DNA of 64,000 bases from Treponema sp. (GCA_012838745.1 DUOS01000128.1:124-64123), one strand, 5' to 3'; shown: positions 1 through 9,529, numbered from the stretch's first letter. The notes: generated from the letters alone by a model not told the origin. Translations and numbers: made by a program.

Positions 1-344
1 GCCGCGCGCACCTCTTTTGGAAAAATCTTCCCACCTGAGCCGGTAAGTGTTGAAACTCTGAGATTCTCCAACCAAGCAAGCATATCTAACGGTGAAAACT
101 CTGAGAGAAAATTTTTAAACCTCTCCTGATTTTCCCCATACCGGGAAGCAAAATCGGGAAGCGGTGCATCATTTGTAATATTGAGCCCACCATGGCTCCC
201 GGCTGCCAAAAACTTGCATCCGGGCGTGGGCATTTGGTCGTACAAGGAAACGGGAAAGCCCTCGCGAAGCAAGCATTCGCAGGCAAAGAGCCCGGCCGGT
301 CCTGCCCCAACGATTGCAATGTTTTTATTAATCCGTAAATCCAC
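1..344 (-). CDS. FAD-dependent flavoprotein, BaiN/HI0933-like family (family name from memory), N-terminal part; the gene runs off the left edge
   Basis: Own minus-strand translation from GTG at 342-344: (M)DLRINKNIAIVGAGPAGLFACECLLREGFPVSLYDQMPTPGCKFLAAGSHGGLNITNDAPLPDFASRYGENQERF... It has a GxGxxG dinucleotide-binding motif and is open to position 1. It is not in the ORF track because it has no stop inside the window. Confidence 0.6.
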   Translation of the reverse strand, partial: MDLRINKNIAIVGAGPAGLFACECLLREGFPVSLYDQMPTPGCKFLAAGSHGGLNITNDAPLPDFASRYGENQERFKNFLSEFSPLDMLAWLENLRVSTLTGSGGKIFPKEVRA

Positions 345-432
345 TCAGAAGCCTTCTCTTTTTTCTGTTCATGTTGACCCTTACTACCAAATTTCCGGCA
401 TTTATGATGATTTTTTATTTATCAAAACGACT
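253..432. repeat. Direct repeat R1, left copy (partner at 12643-12823)
   Basis: By-eye alignment. GGGAAAGCCCTCGCGAAGCAAGCATTCGCAGGCAAAGAGCCCGGCCGGTCCTGC...AATCCACTCAGAAGCC is near-identical in both copies. The next ~75 nt are more diverged. Confidence 0.85.
350..432 (-). pseudogene. Decayed 3'-end fragment of a DUF2141-family gene
   Basis: The minus strand reads DK*KIIINAGNLVVRVNMNRK, against the C-terminus DKQKILIDADNLIVTVNMNRKKE of the intact gene at 12744-13169. It has an in-frame stop and no upstream body. Confidence 0.6.
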
Positions 433-438
433 CAAGTA

Positions 439-633
439 TCAAGATTTTCGATGATTTGACATATATTCAAGCGCTGCTGATGCTAAAAAACCAGAGCGAG
501 TATGGCCTTTTTTTTGGGCATTTTCTAAAGCTTCTTCAATAGTAGAACCAGCCGAATAACAACCCGGTAAATCGGGAACGGTTACACCAAAGTCGCTGCC
601 AGATTCTTTCTCTATAAAGACGGGGTATTTCAT
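439..633 (-). CDS. hicB: HicB-family antitoxin-like protein with an atypical C-terminal third
   Basis: MKYPVFIEKESGSDFGVTVPDLPGCYSAGSTIEEALENAQK matches the HicB N-terminal fold signature (VPDLPGC, EEAL-N). The sequence after an A8 run (about 516-523) no longer resembles HicB. Confidence 0.55.
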   Translation of the reverse strand: MKYPVFIEKESGSDFGVTVPDLPGCYSAGSTIEEALENAQKKGHTRSGFLASAALEYMSNHRKS

Positions 634-644
634 CCTATTTTCTC

Positions 645-698
645 CTATCCAAACCAGCCATCTTCTTTTAATAGCTTCATTATCTCAGCGCTCTTCAT
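645..698 (-). pseudogene. hicA: hicA toxin remnant (17 codons then a stop)
   Basis: Own translation: MKSAEIMKLLKEDGWFG*. This resembles the HicA N-terminus (MK..ELIKLLEKDGW...). It stops directly before the GGAG ribosome-binding site of hicB. Confidence 0.5.
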
Positions 699-758
699 GT
701 GCGTACAATACACACGGAGGAGACTCCGGTCAAGAAGATTAAAAAAATACTGTTAACA

Positions 759-794
759 GTTTTTCAACCGAAAGCACTGTTGTTTTAAGTAACG
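759..794. repeat. 36-nt dispersed repeat R2, left copy (partner at 12505-12540)
   Basis: GTTTTTCAACCGAAAGCACTGTTGTTTTAAGTAACG versus GTTTCTCAACCGAAAGCACTGTTGTTTTAAATAACG, with 2 mismatches. Confidence 0.8.
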
Positions 795-820
795 AAAAGG
801 ACTATTAGAAGGGGTGACGG

Positions 821-903
821 AAAAACTTACGCGGGAGAGAGGCGGTATTCCGGCACACTCACGCGTAAGGTTTGGAGGCAGGGGAAGGCTTTCCCCTCCA
901 AAA
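821..903 (-). terminator. Two hairpins downstream of the operon's last gene; the distal one is followed by a T5 run
   Basis: Minus strand: TTGGAGGGGAAAGCCTTCCCCTGCCTCCAA (871-903), then CTTACGCG-N28-CGCGTAAG followed by TTTTT (821-869). Confidence 0.4.
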
Positions 904-915
904 TTCTGAACATAT

Positions 916-2154
916 TTAACGACCACCACGGTTTAAAAGATCTACAATACTTTGGCGCATAATGTTTCTTGCGGGTATTATGACTGCAGCGACGGGAACT
1001 GCCAAAGCGGAGAGAAGGCAGAAAATGCCGGCTTGAACACTGTAACGAATGTATACGTTGATTGACGAGGACATGCCAGGGGCTGGGGGCATATAGATTC
1101 CACCTGATGCGTTTATGATCCAGGCGATTGTGGCCGAAAGGATTGCGCCGGCGATGAGGCCGATGAAACCTGCCATGAGGGCTTCGTTGAAAATACGGAG
1201 GACGACTGTGCTGCGACGGGTGCCCATGCTTAAATAGGTACCAAATTCGCGGGTACGTTCCATTAAAGAAAGGGACATGGTGGTGCCTGTTGCGAAGAAA
1301 ACGATGATGGCGACTATTGCAAGGATGATACGGTAAAATCCTTGGTAATAATTGACCACTTGGCGGAAGTAGGTTGCTTGTTCAAACCAGACTGTAATTT
1401 TTAGGTCCCAGCCTGCGCTTTCTAATTCTGTTTTAAATTGATCGCGGAGTTCGTAGACATGAGAATCGTTTTTAAGTAATACGGCGATTTCATGTACTGA
1501 GTCGACTCCGAAGAGGTCGTAAAAAACTGATTGGGGGACGATTAATACCATGCGGTCAAAATCTTCGGCGTAGCTAGAGATGAGGGATTGGACTTTGAGA
1601 TCTACGGCATTTACCATTGAGTCTTCGCGCACCCCGATAACAGAAACGCTGTCGTTGAGTGAGACGCCAATTTCTTGGGCTAATACGGGAGACATTTGGC
1701 AAGATGCGATATCTTCTAATGTGAGGCCCATACCCCGTTTTGAGGTTGTAAATGTAAATATTGAAGCTTCTCTGTCGGGATCGACTCCCCAAATTTCTAC
1801 TGGAACTCCGTTAACCACTGCCATGGCCCGAGAACGAGGAGCTGCTGTGAGAACGATATCTTTATTTTCAAGATTAGCAATGAGGTCATGCGGGCTTTCA
1901 ATTTCATGGAGGAAGGGTGAGACATCTCGGTCTGTTAGATAGTCGCGTGGGTAGAGTTGAAGGTGTGCATATTGGCTGCGAATTAAGGACTGTTTGAGGC
2001 CCCAATAATTATATTCATAATACCCTCCAACTAAGATGAGGGCGCATATTCCAAGTGTTACACTGGCGATGATGGCCCAAGTTTTACGCCTGTGCGCAAC
2101 GAGGGAATGAAAAGCAATTTTTAGTTCTTGGATCACGGGAGCTCCTTTATTCAT
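916..2154 (-). CDS. ABC transporter permease, FtsX/MacB-LolC type (permease 2)
   Basis: N-terminal LKIAFHSLVAHRRKTW plus a TM helix, a large periplasmic domain and a C-terminal FtsX 3-TM bundle (EFGTYLSMGTRRSTV). The start is moved to ATG 2154, giving an 8-nt ATGAATAA overlap with the upstream gene. Confidence 0.8.
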   Translation of the reverse strand: MNKGAPVIQELKIAFHSLVAHRRKTWAIIASVTLGICALILVGGYYEYNYWGLKQSLIRSQYAHLQLYPRDYLTDRDVSPFLHEIESPHDLIANLENKDIVLTAAPRSRAMAVVNGVPVEIWGVDPDREASIFTFTTSKRGMGLTLEDIASCQMSPVLAQEIGVSLNDSVSVIGVREDSMVNAVDLKVQSLISSYAEDFDRMVLIVPQSVFYDLFGVDSVHEIAVLLKNDSHVYELRDQFKTELESAGWDLKITVWFEQATYFRQVVNYYQGFYRIILAIVAIIVFFATGTTMSLSLMERTREFGTYLSMGTRRSTVVLRIFNEALMAGFIGLIAGAILSATIAWIINASGGIYMPPAPGMSSSINVYIRYSVQAGIFCLLSALAVPVAAVIIPARNIMRQSIVDLLNRGGR

Positions 2155-3481
2155 AGGTTCTAAGTTGCCATTCGGCTGCGAGTTGTAACTGCCAGTTATT
2201 TTCCCACCAGGCCATTTCACCTTTGTCTGCTAGTGAGAAAAGTCCTGTCGTTGTGAGGCCGATTTTGAGACGGTCTATTAGAGAGAGAGATGTGTGAGCT
2301 GAAAGATATATGCCGTCTGGGGCTAAATAAAATGTATTTATGTTGTAGTCGAAAAGGTCTGCTATTTGGCGAGAATTTTGAATCCGAATTCCGGCTGAAT
2401 GAACTGAAGTATTGAAATAAGGAAGAGAGGATGAGTGAGCTCCGCAGAGTCTTTTATATAGCGGTTCATTTTGTGGTGCTTGGTCCACGAGTGCAGAAAG
2501 GTCTGATAATTCAGATTTTATTGAGTTCCAAGTTTTTGAATTATAGCCTGATGATCTAAATCGATATTCGAAGAAAAAAGATAGATTGGCGAAATCTGGT
2601 GCGTAAGAAAGACCAACAGTTGCGTCTACACTTTTAGTTTCTGGGAGTTGGAATGTTGCTTCGGCTGGTAACCCTGGAACAAGGCGATGATCTGCGAAGG
2701 AAACTTCTCCGTAGGGAATGAGGCTGTCACTTATTTGACCTGAGTAATAGGCCCCAGCAGTATTGCCTGTGATGGTTTGGCCACCATAATAATAGATGAG
2801 CCCAAAACGATGGGTGCCGAGAGTGTAGACTGTGTGGAAGAGAACCACTGGGTTTGATTCGCTGTTGGCTGAAAAGTCTTCGCCTGGCGCCCAGGAAAGT
2901 GCTGGGGAAAACCAGATTTCTGCAAAGATGTTGTTTTTCCCAAAGGAAGCACCGGTCATCCATAAACCTTCTTGTTCGGCGCTTGCGGTTTTTAAGTCTT
3001 TCGCCAGGCAGTCCTTCGCTAGGAAGTCGAGAACCGGGAAGATAACTGCAGGCCCCTGTGTGACGAGAGTTTTGCCAGCAAAAAAGCGTATTCCAACTTC
3101 GTGGATGTTGACTGCAAGTAACGCTTCGTTAAGAGCGAATGCTGGATTGCCTTGCAATCTGCGATTTTCTTCGCTACAAGGTTCTGCATGCTGAAGCCAA
3201 TTCATAGTGCCCTCGGCTGTGATTGTGCAGCGGTTTGAAAACCCGAGATACCAATCTAAGCTTGCGCTCATCTGAGTCTCCCATTCACTTAACTTTTGCC
3301 AATTATCAGTATTGGTAGGATTGTCTTCCCGAATACCATGGAGGTTTACTTCTTGGTGAATGTTCAGCCCCAGTTCTTGAGAAATACTATCTGAAATATC
3401 AAAGGCCCATAGTGGAGTTCGACCACATAAGATGAGAGACATAAAACAAACTACATGAAGGCTGCAGTTTTTAGCGAACAT
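2147..3481 (-). CDS. Secreted protein, probable outer-membrane beta-barrel (porin-like), unknown family
   Basis: It has an N-terminal signal-like segment, alternating aromatic/Gly-rich strands (GLIYYYGGQ, LSFFFEYRF) and an amphipathic C-terminal strand. No family was recognised. Confidence 0.4.
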   Translation of the reverse strand: MFAKNCSLHVVCFMSLILCGRTPLWAFDISDSISQELGLNIHQEVNLHGIREDNPTNTDNWQKLSEWETQMSASLDWYLGFSNRCTITAEGTMNWLQHAEPCSEENRRLQGNPAFALNEALLAVNIHEVGIRFFAGKTLVTQGPAVIFPVLDFLAKDCLAKDLKTASAEQEGLWMTGASFGKNNIFAEIWFSPALSWAPGEDFSANSESNPVVLFHTVYTLGTHRFGLIYYYGGQTITGNTAGAYYSGQISDSLIPYGEVSFADHRLVPGLPAEATFQLPETKSVDATVGLSYAPDFANLSFFFEYRFRSSGYNSKTWNSIKSELSDLSALVDQAPQNEPLYKRLCGAHSSSLPYFNTSVHSAGIRIQNSRQIADLFDYNINTFYLAPDGIYLSAHTSLSLIDRLKIGLTTTGLFSLADKGEMAWWENNWQLQLAAEWQLRTYE

Positions 3482-4220
3482 GTTTAATCGCTTCTACTGT
3501 AAAGCTTGAATCTGGGTAGGTGTCAGTGCTGAAATTATCAAGAAGAACTGTACTCGTTTCTCCCGTGCTGCTGTCTTTAATAGTGAAGGCAGTAAGAAGA
3601 TCTTTTCCCTGTATGTTTCTGAAACCGTCGTAGATAATAGTTTTCATGAGTCTGCCGCTCGAGCCTTTACAGTCGGCTTGGATTGGTTTGCCGTCAGTGG
3701 CGTTTACGGTAAGATCGATTAAGTCGTAGGTAGCCCCTGCATTGGGCAGACCCTTTAATTCAAGATGGTATACAGCATCAGTTTTCTCTATGTTTTCGAT
3801 TGAATACATTCCGGCGAATGCTATGCGAGTTATATCTCCAGCAGAGGCCTGCCCGAACAACATTTCGCGAGGAGTTATTCTGATAGGAGACATCATGCCT
3901 TGGTCATAAATAAAGAAAGAATTTTGTAAGGTCAACACTATTCGACGCCGGTATTTTTTTGGCTCCATATATCTGACGATACTCGTGTCCTTATTTTCAT
4001 TTGAAAGAGATACACGCATGAGAGACTTTGTGCCGTTATTTTCCGTAACGGCAAAATCAAATGAAAAACCAGATGAAGAAAATTGCCGAAAAGAATCTAC
4101 TTTTTTAAGAATGGCTTTTCCGTCAAGAGAAGGTGGAGCTTGTGCGAAAAGATTGAGGCCAAGGGTAGAGATGGCACAAAGCAGGATGGTTATCGCTCGT
4201 ATTTTTTTTCGTACATTCAT
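3471..4220 (-). CDS. LolA-like outer-membrane lipoprotein-sorting protein
   Basis: It has a signal peptide (MNVRKKIRAITILLCAISTLGLNLFAQ). The pattern SPIRITPREMLFGQASAGDITR ... YHLELKG ... resembles the LolA-like family usually encoded next to FtsX-type ABC transporters. Confidence 0.55.
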   Translation of the reverse strand: MNVRKKIRAITILLCAISTLGLNLFAQAPPSLDGKAILKKVDSFRQFSSSGFSFDFAVTENNGTKSLMRVSLSNENKDTSIVRYMEPKKYRRRIVLTLQNSFFIYDQGMMSPIRITPREMLFGQASAGDITRIAFAGMYSIENIEKTDAVYHLELKGLPNAGATYDLIDLTVNATDGKPIQADCKGSSGRLMKTIIYDGFRNIQGKDLLTAFTIKDSSTGETSTVLLDNFSTDTYPDSSFTVEAIKHVR

Positions 4221-4247
4221 TTTTGTCTCCTATAAAATTGTAATGTC

Positions 4248-4285
4248 GTTCGACTTTAGTCGCGGGGTTCGACTTTAGTCGCGGG
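4248..4285. repeat. Perfect 19-bp tandem duplication (2 copies)
   Basis: GTTCGACTTTAGTCGCGGG occurs twice in a row. The FtsX permease stop codon (4275-4277) lies in the second copy. Confidence 0.9.
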
Positions 4286-5510
4286 GTTCCAGTTGTTCGA
4301 CGACACTCGACGATCCAAGTTTTGCAGTAGTAATAAGAGCGGCAAGGCTCGCGCCCACAATGACAACAAGAGCTGTTGCACACATATTAACTAGCGAAAG
4401 CTTAGACCCTATCGTAATATTGTCGATTTCTCCTGGCGGTGGTGCAAAAACAAGCCCGCCTCTCGCCTGTATTATGACGCTACCAATAATGGCAACAGTT
4501 ATTCCAATAAGCCATGAAAGTAAGGCTATCATTATAGTTTCACAGATTATTAACAATCGTATCTGTGAGATCGGAGTACCCATTGAACGCAACGTTCCTA
4601 ATTCTTGCTGCCTTTCATAGACTGATAAAGCCAATACGTTTAGAAAGGCGAGAAAAAGAGTTAAGGCTACAACAACTAGAACGACTTGATTGTTGGTCCG
4701 ATAAATTTGTACAATCTGCTCGACTTTTGTATTTTTTTTAGGAATTGAATAGAGAGTATAATTTTGAAGTTCAGGAATAGAATTAGATAAAAACAAGATT
4801 TCTTGATAATCAGGAGAATCGCTGTTCACAGTCAATGTTGGGGATGTTACACTTTTTTTAAGCCACAGATGCATTGAGGTAACCTCAGGGAAGTCTTCCC
4901 AATCGAGAAAAACAGAAATTGGTATTTCAAGGTAGAAACGGTCCTTTAATAGAACTTCGGTTTTAACAGTTTTCTCAACTTTGAGGGTCATGCCTAAATC
5001 ATTAACTAACCCACCTACACTATCACCTTCACCAACACCAAGAGTTTTTGCCAACGCGATTCCAAGAGTTACAGGGTAAACATCGTCAACAGATGAAAAA
5101 TCATTTTCAACAGCAATTCCACTACAAGGAGCAGATCGCTCTGTCCCTCCAATAATACCAGTTACAGAAGTTTCTGCACGAACATCTTTAACAAGACCAC
5201 TCGCCAGCAAACGATCCTTAACTGCAAGGTAGGTTTCCCATTGCATTACCGCAGCACCATTATTGCTGCTCACACTGCCAGCGCTGCCGGTGGCATTTCC
5301 ACCACTGTCGGTTCCTGTCGGGTCGTATACAAAATGCATATCGCCTTCGGCAGAAACAGTGTCGGATGTGACAGAATCGAATAGATCTTCATAGCCAGCA
5401 GCGATAAGTATAAGAACAGCAACTCCAATAGAAATAATCGTGACTAAAGCTATTGTTCGAACCCGTGAACGCCATATATTTCTAAAGGCGTAAAGAATAA
5501 TTCTTTTCAT
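4275..5510 (-). CDS. ABC transporter permease, FtsX/MacB-LolC type (permease 1)
   Basis: N-terminus [20 protein letters not shown]-terminal FtsX motif ELGTLRSMGTPISQI plus TM helices. The start is moved to ATG 5510 (ATGA overlap with the ATPase gene). Confidence 0.8.
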   Translation of the reverse strand: MKRIILYAFRNIWRSRVRTIALVTIISIGVAVLILIAAGYEDLFDSVTSDTVSAEGDMHFVYDPTGTDSGGNATGSAGSVSSNNGAAVMQWETYLAVKDRLLASGLVKDVRAETSVTGIIGGTERSAPCSGIAVENDFSSVDDVYPVTLGIALAKTLGVGEGDSVGGLVNDLGMTLKVEKTVKTEVLLKDRFYLEIPISVFLDWEDFPEVTSMHLWLKKSVTSPTLTVNSDSPDYQEILFLSNSIPELQNYTLYSIPKKNTKVEQIVQIYRTNNQVVLVVVALTLFLAFLNVLALSVYERQQELGTLRSMGTPISQIRLLIICETIMIALLSWLIGITVAIIGSVIIQARGGLVFAPPPGEIDNITIGSKLSLVNMCATALVVIVGASLAALITTAKLGSSSVVEQLEPRD

Positions 5511-6232
5511 GAACGATCCTCTACTAGGCGACCATCTTTTAAGGAAATTACACGCCGTGCGCATGCCATGACGGCCGGATCATGGGTAGAAAATAAAACA
5601 GTCGTTTTCATTTCCTTATTTAAACTCGTAAGAAGTCCAAGGATTTCAGATCCAACTTCATGATCGAGATTCGCAGTTGGCTCATCAGCAAAAATAAGAT
5701 CTGGATTATTCATAAGGGCACGAGCAATTGCCACGCGTTGGCGCTGCCCACCAGAAAGTTGATGAGGTCTCTTACCCGCATGAGATGCGATACCCACTCT
5801 ATCTAAAAGAAACAATGCCCGCTCTTTTGGGGTACCTTCAAATCTATAAGGAGCTCCATATACGGTAGCTGGATACACTACATTTTCGAGGACAGTCATA
5901 ACCGGAATGAGATTAAAGGATTGAAAAATGAATCCAATATGTTGATTCCGCAACCGAGCAAGAGTTTTTTCTGTGTAGGCTCCAATGTCTGACCCCATCA
6001 ATAAGATCGTTCCACTAGTAGCCTTATCAAAACCAGCTCCCAAATGTTGCATTGTCGACTTACCACTTCCAGAAGGCCCAACAAGGGCTGTTAATTCTCC
6101 GGGGAAAAAACTAGCTGAAACTGAATTAAGACCATACACTTCACAATCCCCAGTTTTATATACCTTGCTCACATCTTGAAATTCAAGAACGGGAACAGAA
6201 TCACCGGTCTTTACGCTCGCATCTTCACTCAT
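5507..6232 (-). CDS. ABC transporter ATP-binding protein (MacB/LolD-like)
   Basis: Walker [11 protein letters not shown]-loop, signature [15 protein letters not shown], Walker B LIFADEPT. Confidence 0.9.
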   Translation of the reverse strand: MSEDASVKTGDSVPVLEFQDVSKVYKTGDCEVYGLNSVSASFFPGELTALVGPSGSGKSTMQHLGAGFDKATSGTILLMGSDIGAYTEKTLARLRNQHIGFIFQSFNLIPVMTVLENVVYPATVYGAPYRFEGTPKERALFLLDRVGIASHAGKRPHQLSGGQRQRVAIARALMNNPDLIFADEPTANLDHEVGSEILGLLTSLNKEMKTTVLFSTHDPAVMACARRVISLKDGRLVEDRS

Positions 6233-8357
6233 ATAATACCTCTACTGCTTTTTTACTTGCTTTCATAATATCGAGTGTATCACTCATTATTTTTGCTCTA
6301 TCTCGTATAATAGTTTGCTCTTTTTTCCTCGGGTAATTACTACGTAAATTTATCCAAATATCCCATAACAGATCCACAGGCGCGTCGTTAATATTCCACG
6401 TGCCTTTCGCATAAAATGCAGTAATATCAGAGAGCAAAGCTAGCACCTGGTTAATCATCCCGAGTTCTGAAGGAAAATTAGAATAGGTCAAAGTTTGATA
6501 CAAATAGACATTTTCATTCTCCGGCCATCGCCTTTGTATCTTTTCAAAACGTCTCATACCAGCATTAGTCCAGTCAACTTTTTCTATTGTCTTTTTTACA
6601 ACAGTTGCCATCTTACATTCTCCAACCGCAACTAAAAGCTGAGCATCCTGTGAGTTTTTGATAACAGTTTCAAAGCGCTTTGCAATTTTCATAGCAGCTT
6701 CAATCCTTTCTAATTCCATAATCTGCAAGCGTAAAATTACTTCAATTTGTTCAACATCAGCTGAACCAGTTTCAGATTCTAAATCGGCGACCAACTTTTC
6801 AAGCTCAGCTTCAGCAGCTTTTTCTTGATCTTTTTCTGACATCTCACTCTCAAAAACTTGGTTCAAGCCAACTTCAAAATACTGAAATACATCTAACCTC
6901 TCTTGAGCACATCTACCAGCTGGTAAAATTTCGAGCAATCGACGTGCTTCGCGATACCAGGTTTCAGTTTTATTAACTTCACCCGCTATTTCAAAACACC
7001 GAGCAGCTTTGGTTATAACATTAATATAATTTTCAAGTGGAAGTAGTTTTTGTATGCTTTCCGAAGCTCTTAAAAAATCTTCTCCTCCATACACGGCCAT
7101 ACCAAAAATAGAATTAGGTATCGCAAGAGACACATGACCCCGGTTCATATAAGCATAGACTAGGTCCTCTTCAGTTACCGCCTCGGTAACTGCCCGATCA
7201 AGCCACACATACGCCTCTTTAACGATCCCAACAGCTTCTAAAGGCGGAGCAACGGAAGCTTTCAAGGCAATAAGCGCACCCGTATATGCAATTCCTGGGA
7301 TTGAGTTTTTATCCTTTGTAAGAATCGCCTGAAAAAGACTTTCTGCTTCGACTAATTTTTTCGCATCAAAGGCTGCGATTGCATAATCAAGTTGATCTGC
7401 TGGCTTTAGTTCATAGCGTTCTAAAGTTTCTCGTTCCATCACAGCCGCTTCATCTGTGGCGGCTTCTTCTAACTCGCGCAATCTATTAATAGTCTCATCA
7501 CTCACTGTCTTCGATGCGCGAGTATCTTTAAAGAGATCTGTAAGGTGAACCTTAATAGGCTCCATAATTGGAATAGCAAAAGATTCTTCGTCCCATGCAG
7601 AAAGTACTTCTTCTTGAGAGAATCCTTCCGGAACAATTATATCGTATACCTTTGGGATAAAGTCTGAGTCCCCCCTATCTGCAAAGCCATCTCTACCCTC
7701 TGGGTCAAAAGCACCAATCAAAACATAGTGATTAAGCTCCGGAAGTGTATGCAAAAACTTCAATTCTGAATCAGCGAGCGAGATTCTAACATACACATCC
7801 CTACCCGACTTTGATTGAAATACCTGCACATCACGCTTAAAGGAGCGGTCCCAAGATTCAATACTACCAGTATTATCTGTAATTGAGATTACAAATTTCC
7901 ACGGTGCCTTAGTTGAAAACTCGACGTTTTCTGCAAATTCAATCCGAGTATTAGTCGAACCTGTTTCTGCAGTAACTTCACCGAAGTAGACTTTTATATT
8001 TCTACCAGCCCCAGGTGACTTAAAAGAAAAATCCAGTTGCCAAAAAGAACGCAAACCAGGAGCGCGAGAAAATCTAACTGGGCGGTGAACTGTATAACGT
8101 AAAAGATCAAGAGAGCCTGGGTTCGACACAGTATCTGGATATGCAAGCTCACCAAATCCGTAATCATCTCCTACTGGATCATGAAAGACGGCAACCAATT
8201 TTCCACCAGAAAAAGATGGATCGGTTTTTATTTTCAATAAAGACTGTAATGAGTTTCCGATTACATCATAGAAAAGTAAAAAGAATATCACACCAATTAT
8301 GAGCGAAAAAGCAGTAATTACAATATGGATCACATAACGGTTTGTCTTTTTTTTCAT
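6225..8357 (-). CDS. Membrane-anchored 710-aa protein: N-terminal TM helix, glucodextranase-C-like domain, long helical/TPR-like region
   Basis: TM helix YVIHIVITAFSLIIGVIFFLLF. FHDPVGDDYGFGELAYPD...GSLDLLRYTV resembles the DPxGDDxGxG..YP start of the glucodextranase C-terminal module (from memory). The rest looks alpha-helical repeat. Confidence 0.45.
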   Translation of the reverse strand: MKKKTNRYVIHIVITAFSLIIGVIFFLLFYDVIGNSLQSLLKIKTDPSFSGGKLVAVFHDPVGDDYGFGELAYPDTVSNPGSLDLLRYTVHRPVRFSRAPGLRSFWQLDFSFKSPGAGRNIKVYFGEVTAETGSTNTRIEFAENVEFSTKAPWKFVISITDNTGSIESWDRSFKRDVQVFQSKSGRDVYVRISLADSELKFLHTLPELNHYVLIGAFDPEGRDGFADRGDSDFIPKVYDIIVPEGFSQEEVLSAWDEESFAIPIMEPIKVHLTDLFKDTRASKTVSDETINRLRELEEAATDEAAVMERETLERYELKPADQLDYAIAAFDAKKLVEAESLFQAILTKDKNSIPGIAYTGALIALKASVAPPLEAVGIVKEAYVWLDRAVTEAVTEEDLVYAYMNRGHVSLAIPNSIFGMAVYGGEDFLRASESIQKLLPLENYINVITKAARCFEIAGEVNKTETWYREARRLLEILPAGRCAQERLDVFQYFEVGLNQVFESEMSEKDQEKAAEAELEKLVADLESETGSADVEQIEVILRLQIMELERIEAAMKIAKRFETVIKNSQDAQLLVAVGECKMATVVKKTIEKVDWTNAGMRRFEKIQRRWPENENVYLYQTLTYSNFPSELGMINQVLALLSDITAFYAKGTWNINDAPVDLLWDIWINLRSNYPRKKEQTIIRDRAKIMSDTLDIMKASKKAVEVLYE

Positions 8358-9529
8358 ACTACCGACCTTATAAAATTAAGAAGAAAATCAAGGGCATCAA
8401 CAGCAAAGTGACTTGAAAAAAACACACAAAATGTAAAGGCTGCTAAAACGAACATATGGGATGGAGCAAAAACGTCTAACAATATTTTCCCTAATACTGT
8501 TTTCCCTTTCGGAATATCTGAAAGACTTTTAACAAAACCATATTCATAACGAATTGCGTTTTCAAGACATATATCAATACATTCACCACAAAATGCGCAC
8601 GCCTTCGAAATAATTGGAACCTCAGCGCCACCGTCATCAATTGCACAAAACTGACATGCTTCTACGCATTTCATACAGTGATTACAGGCGTCTGGATCTA
8701 TCACAATTTTAAATGAAGAAACGCTATTTGTAAGAGTTTGCAATGCACCAAGAGGACAGTACGCACTACACTGAAACCGTTTTCTCGTCAGCAAAGGCAG
8801 AACGACAACAAGAGTTATAAAAAGGAGCAGGCTAAGGAGAAACATGACGGTTCCATGCAAACCACCTGAAGTAAAACGCCCTGTAATAATAGTAAACGGA
8901 TTTAACCAATATACATATACTGGCATAAGCAAAACGGCAGACAACACCACAACTACCGCTAAAAATAATAAGTGAAATTGACGAATCTTTTTTCCAAAAC
9001 GAGAAATAGAAAGAATTGGTCGTTTTAATACCCGTGAAAAGAAATCTTCATACCCACCAAAAGGACAGACCCATCCACACCACCCTTTCCCAATAACAAG
9101 AGTCGCCATTATCCACACAAGGACTAAGCCAAAGACGGAAAGAATTCCTCCAGAAATAGGAGAGGGAAATTGAACAGTGCGAGCAAAAACAAGAAAAAAA
9201 GGAAGAACCGGAATAAGGAACTGATTAAAAGGAATCCCATTTGTAAGGACAGCTGCTTCATTAAGAGCCATACCATTAAAAGCTTCGAGAAGATGAACTA
9301 TATACGAAATGCTAAATAAAAGAGAAAACGTAACAAAATAAATTCGGCGAAAAAATGAAACTTTTTTCCCCTGTATCAGATTAAAAAATATAAACATTAA
9401 AAAAGCAGAATACACCCAAGCCGACACAGAAGCCAGGTTGCCAATCAAAATAAAAAGATAGATTATTACAGCCATAACAAGACCATAAAAAACGAAACTA
9501 ATTAGCGACGTCTTTTGATTATTCACCAT
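8354..9529 (-). CDS. Polytopic membrane 4Fe-4S polyferredoxin, NapH/MauN-like
   Basis: Multiple TM helices. Two CxxxCP motifs (GWCGWVCPFGG, CSAYCPLG). Two ferredoxin motifs (CNHCMKCVEACQFC, CAFCGECIDIC). Confidence 0.7.
   Translation of the reverse strand: MVNNQKTSLISFVFYGLVMAVIIYLFILIGNLASVSAWVYSAFLMFIFFNLIQGKKVSFFRRIYFVTFSLLFSISYIVHLLEAFNGMALNEAAVLTNGIPFNQFLIPVLPFFLVFARTVQFPSPISGGILSVFGLVLVWIMATLVIGKGWCGWVCPFGGYEDFFSRVLKRPILSISRFGKKIRQFHLLFLAVVVVLSAVLLMPVYVYWLNPFTIITGRFTSGGLHGTVMFLLSLLLFITLVVVLPLLTRKRFQCSAYCPLGALQTLTNSVSSFKIVIDPDACNHCMKCVEACQFCAIDDGGAEVPIISKACAFCGECIDICLENAIRYEYGFVKSLSDIPKGKTVLGKILLDVFAPSHMFVLAAFTFCVFFSSHFAVDALDFLLNFIRSVV

Noticed and set aside
86-459. ORFs 86-319 (-) and 181-459 (+) from the track
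   Set aside because: Both overlap, in other frames, the minus-strand flavoprotein reading frame, which has a clear GxGxxG N-terminus. Neither has a recognisable motif.
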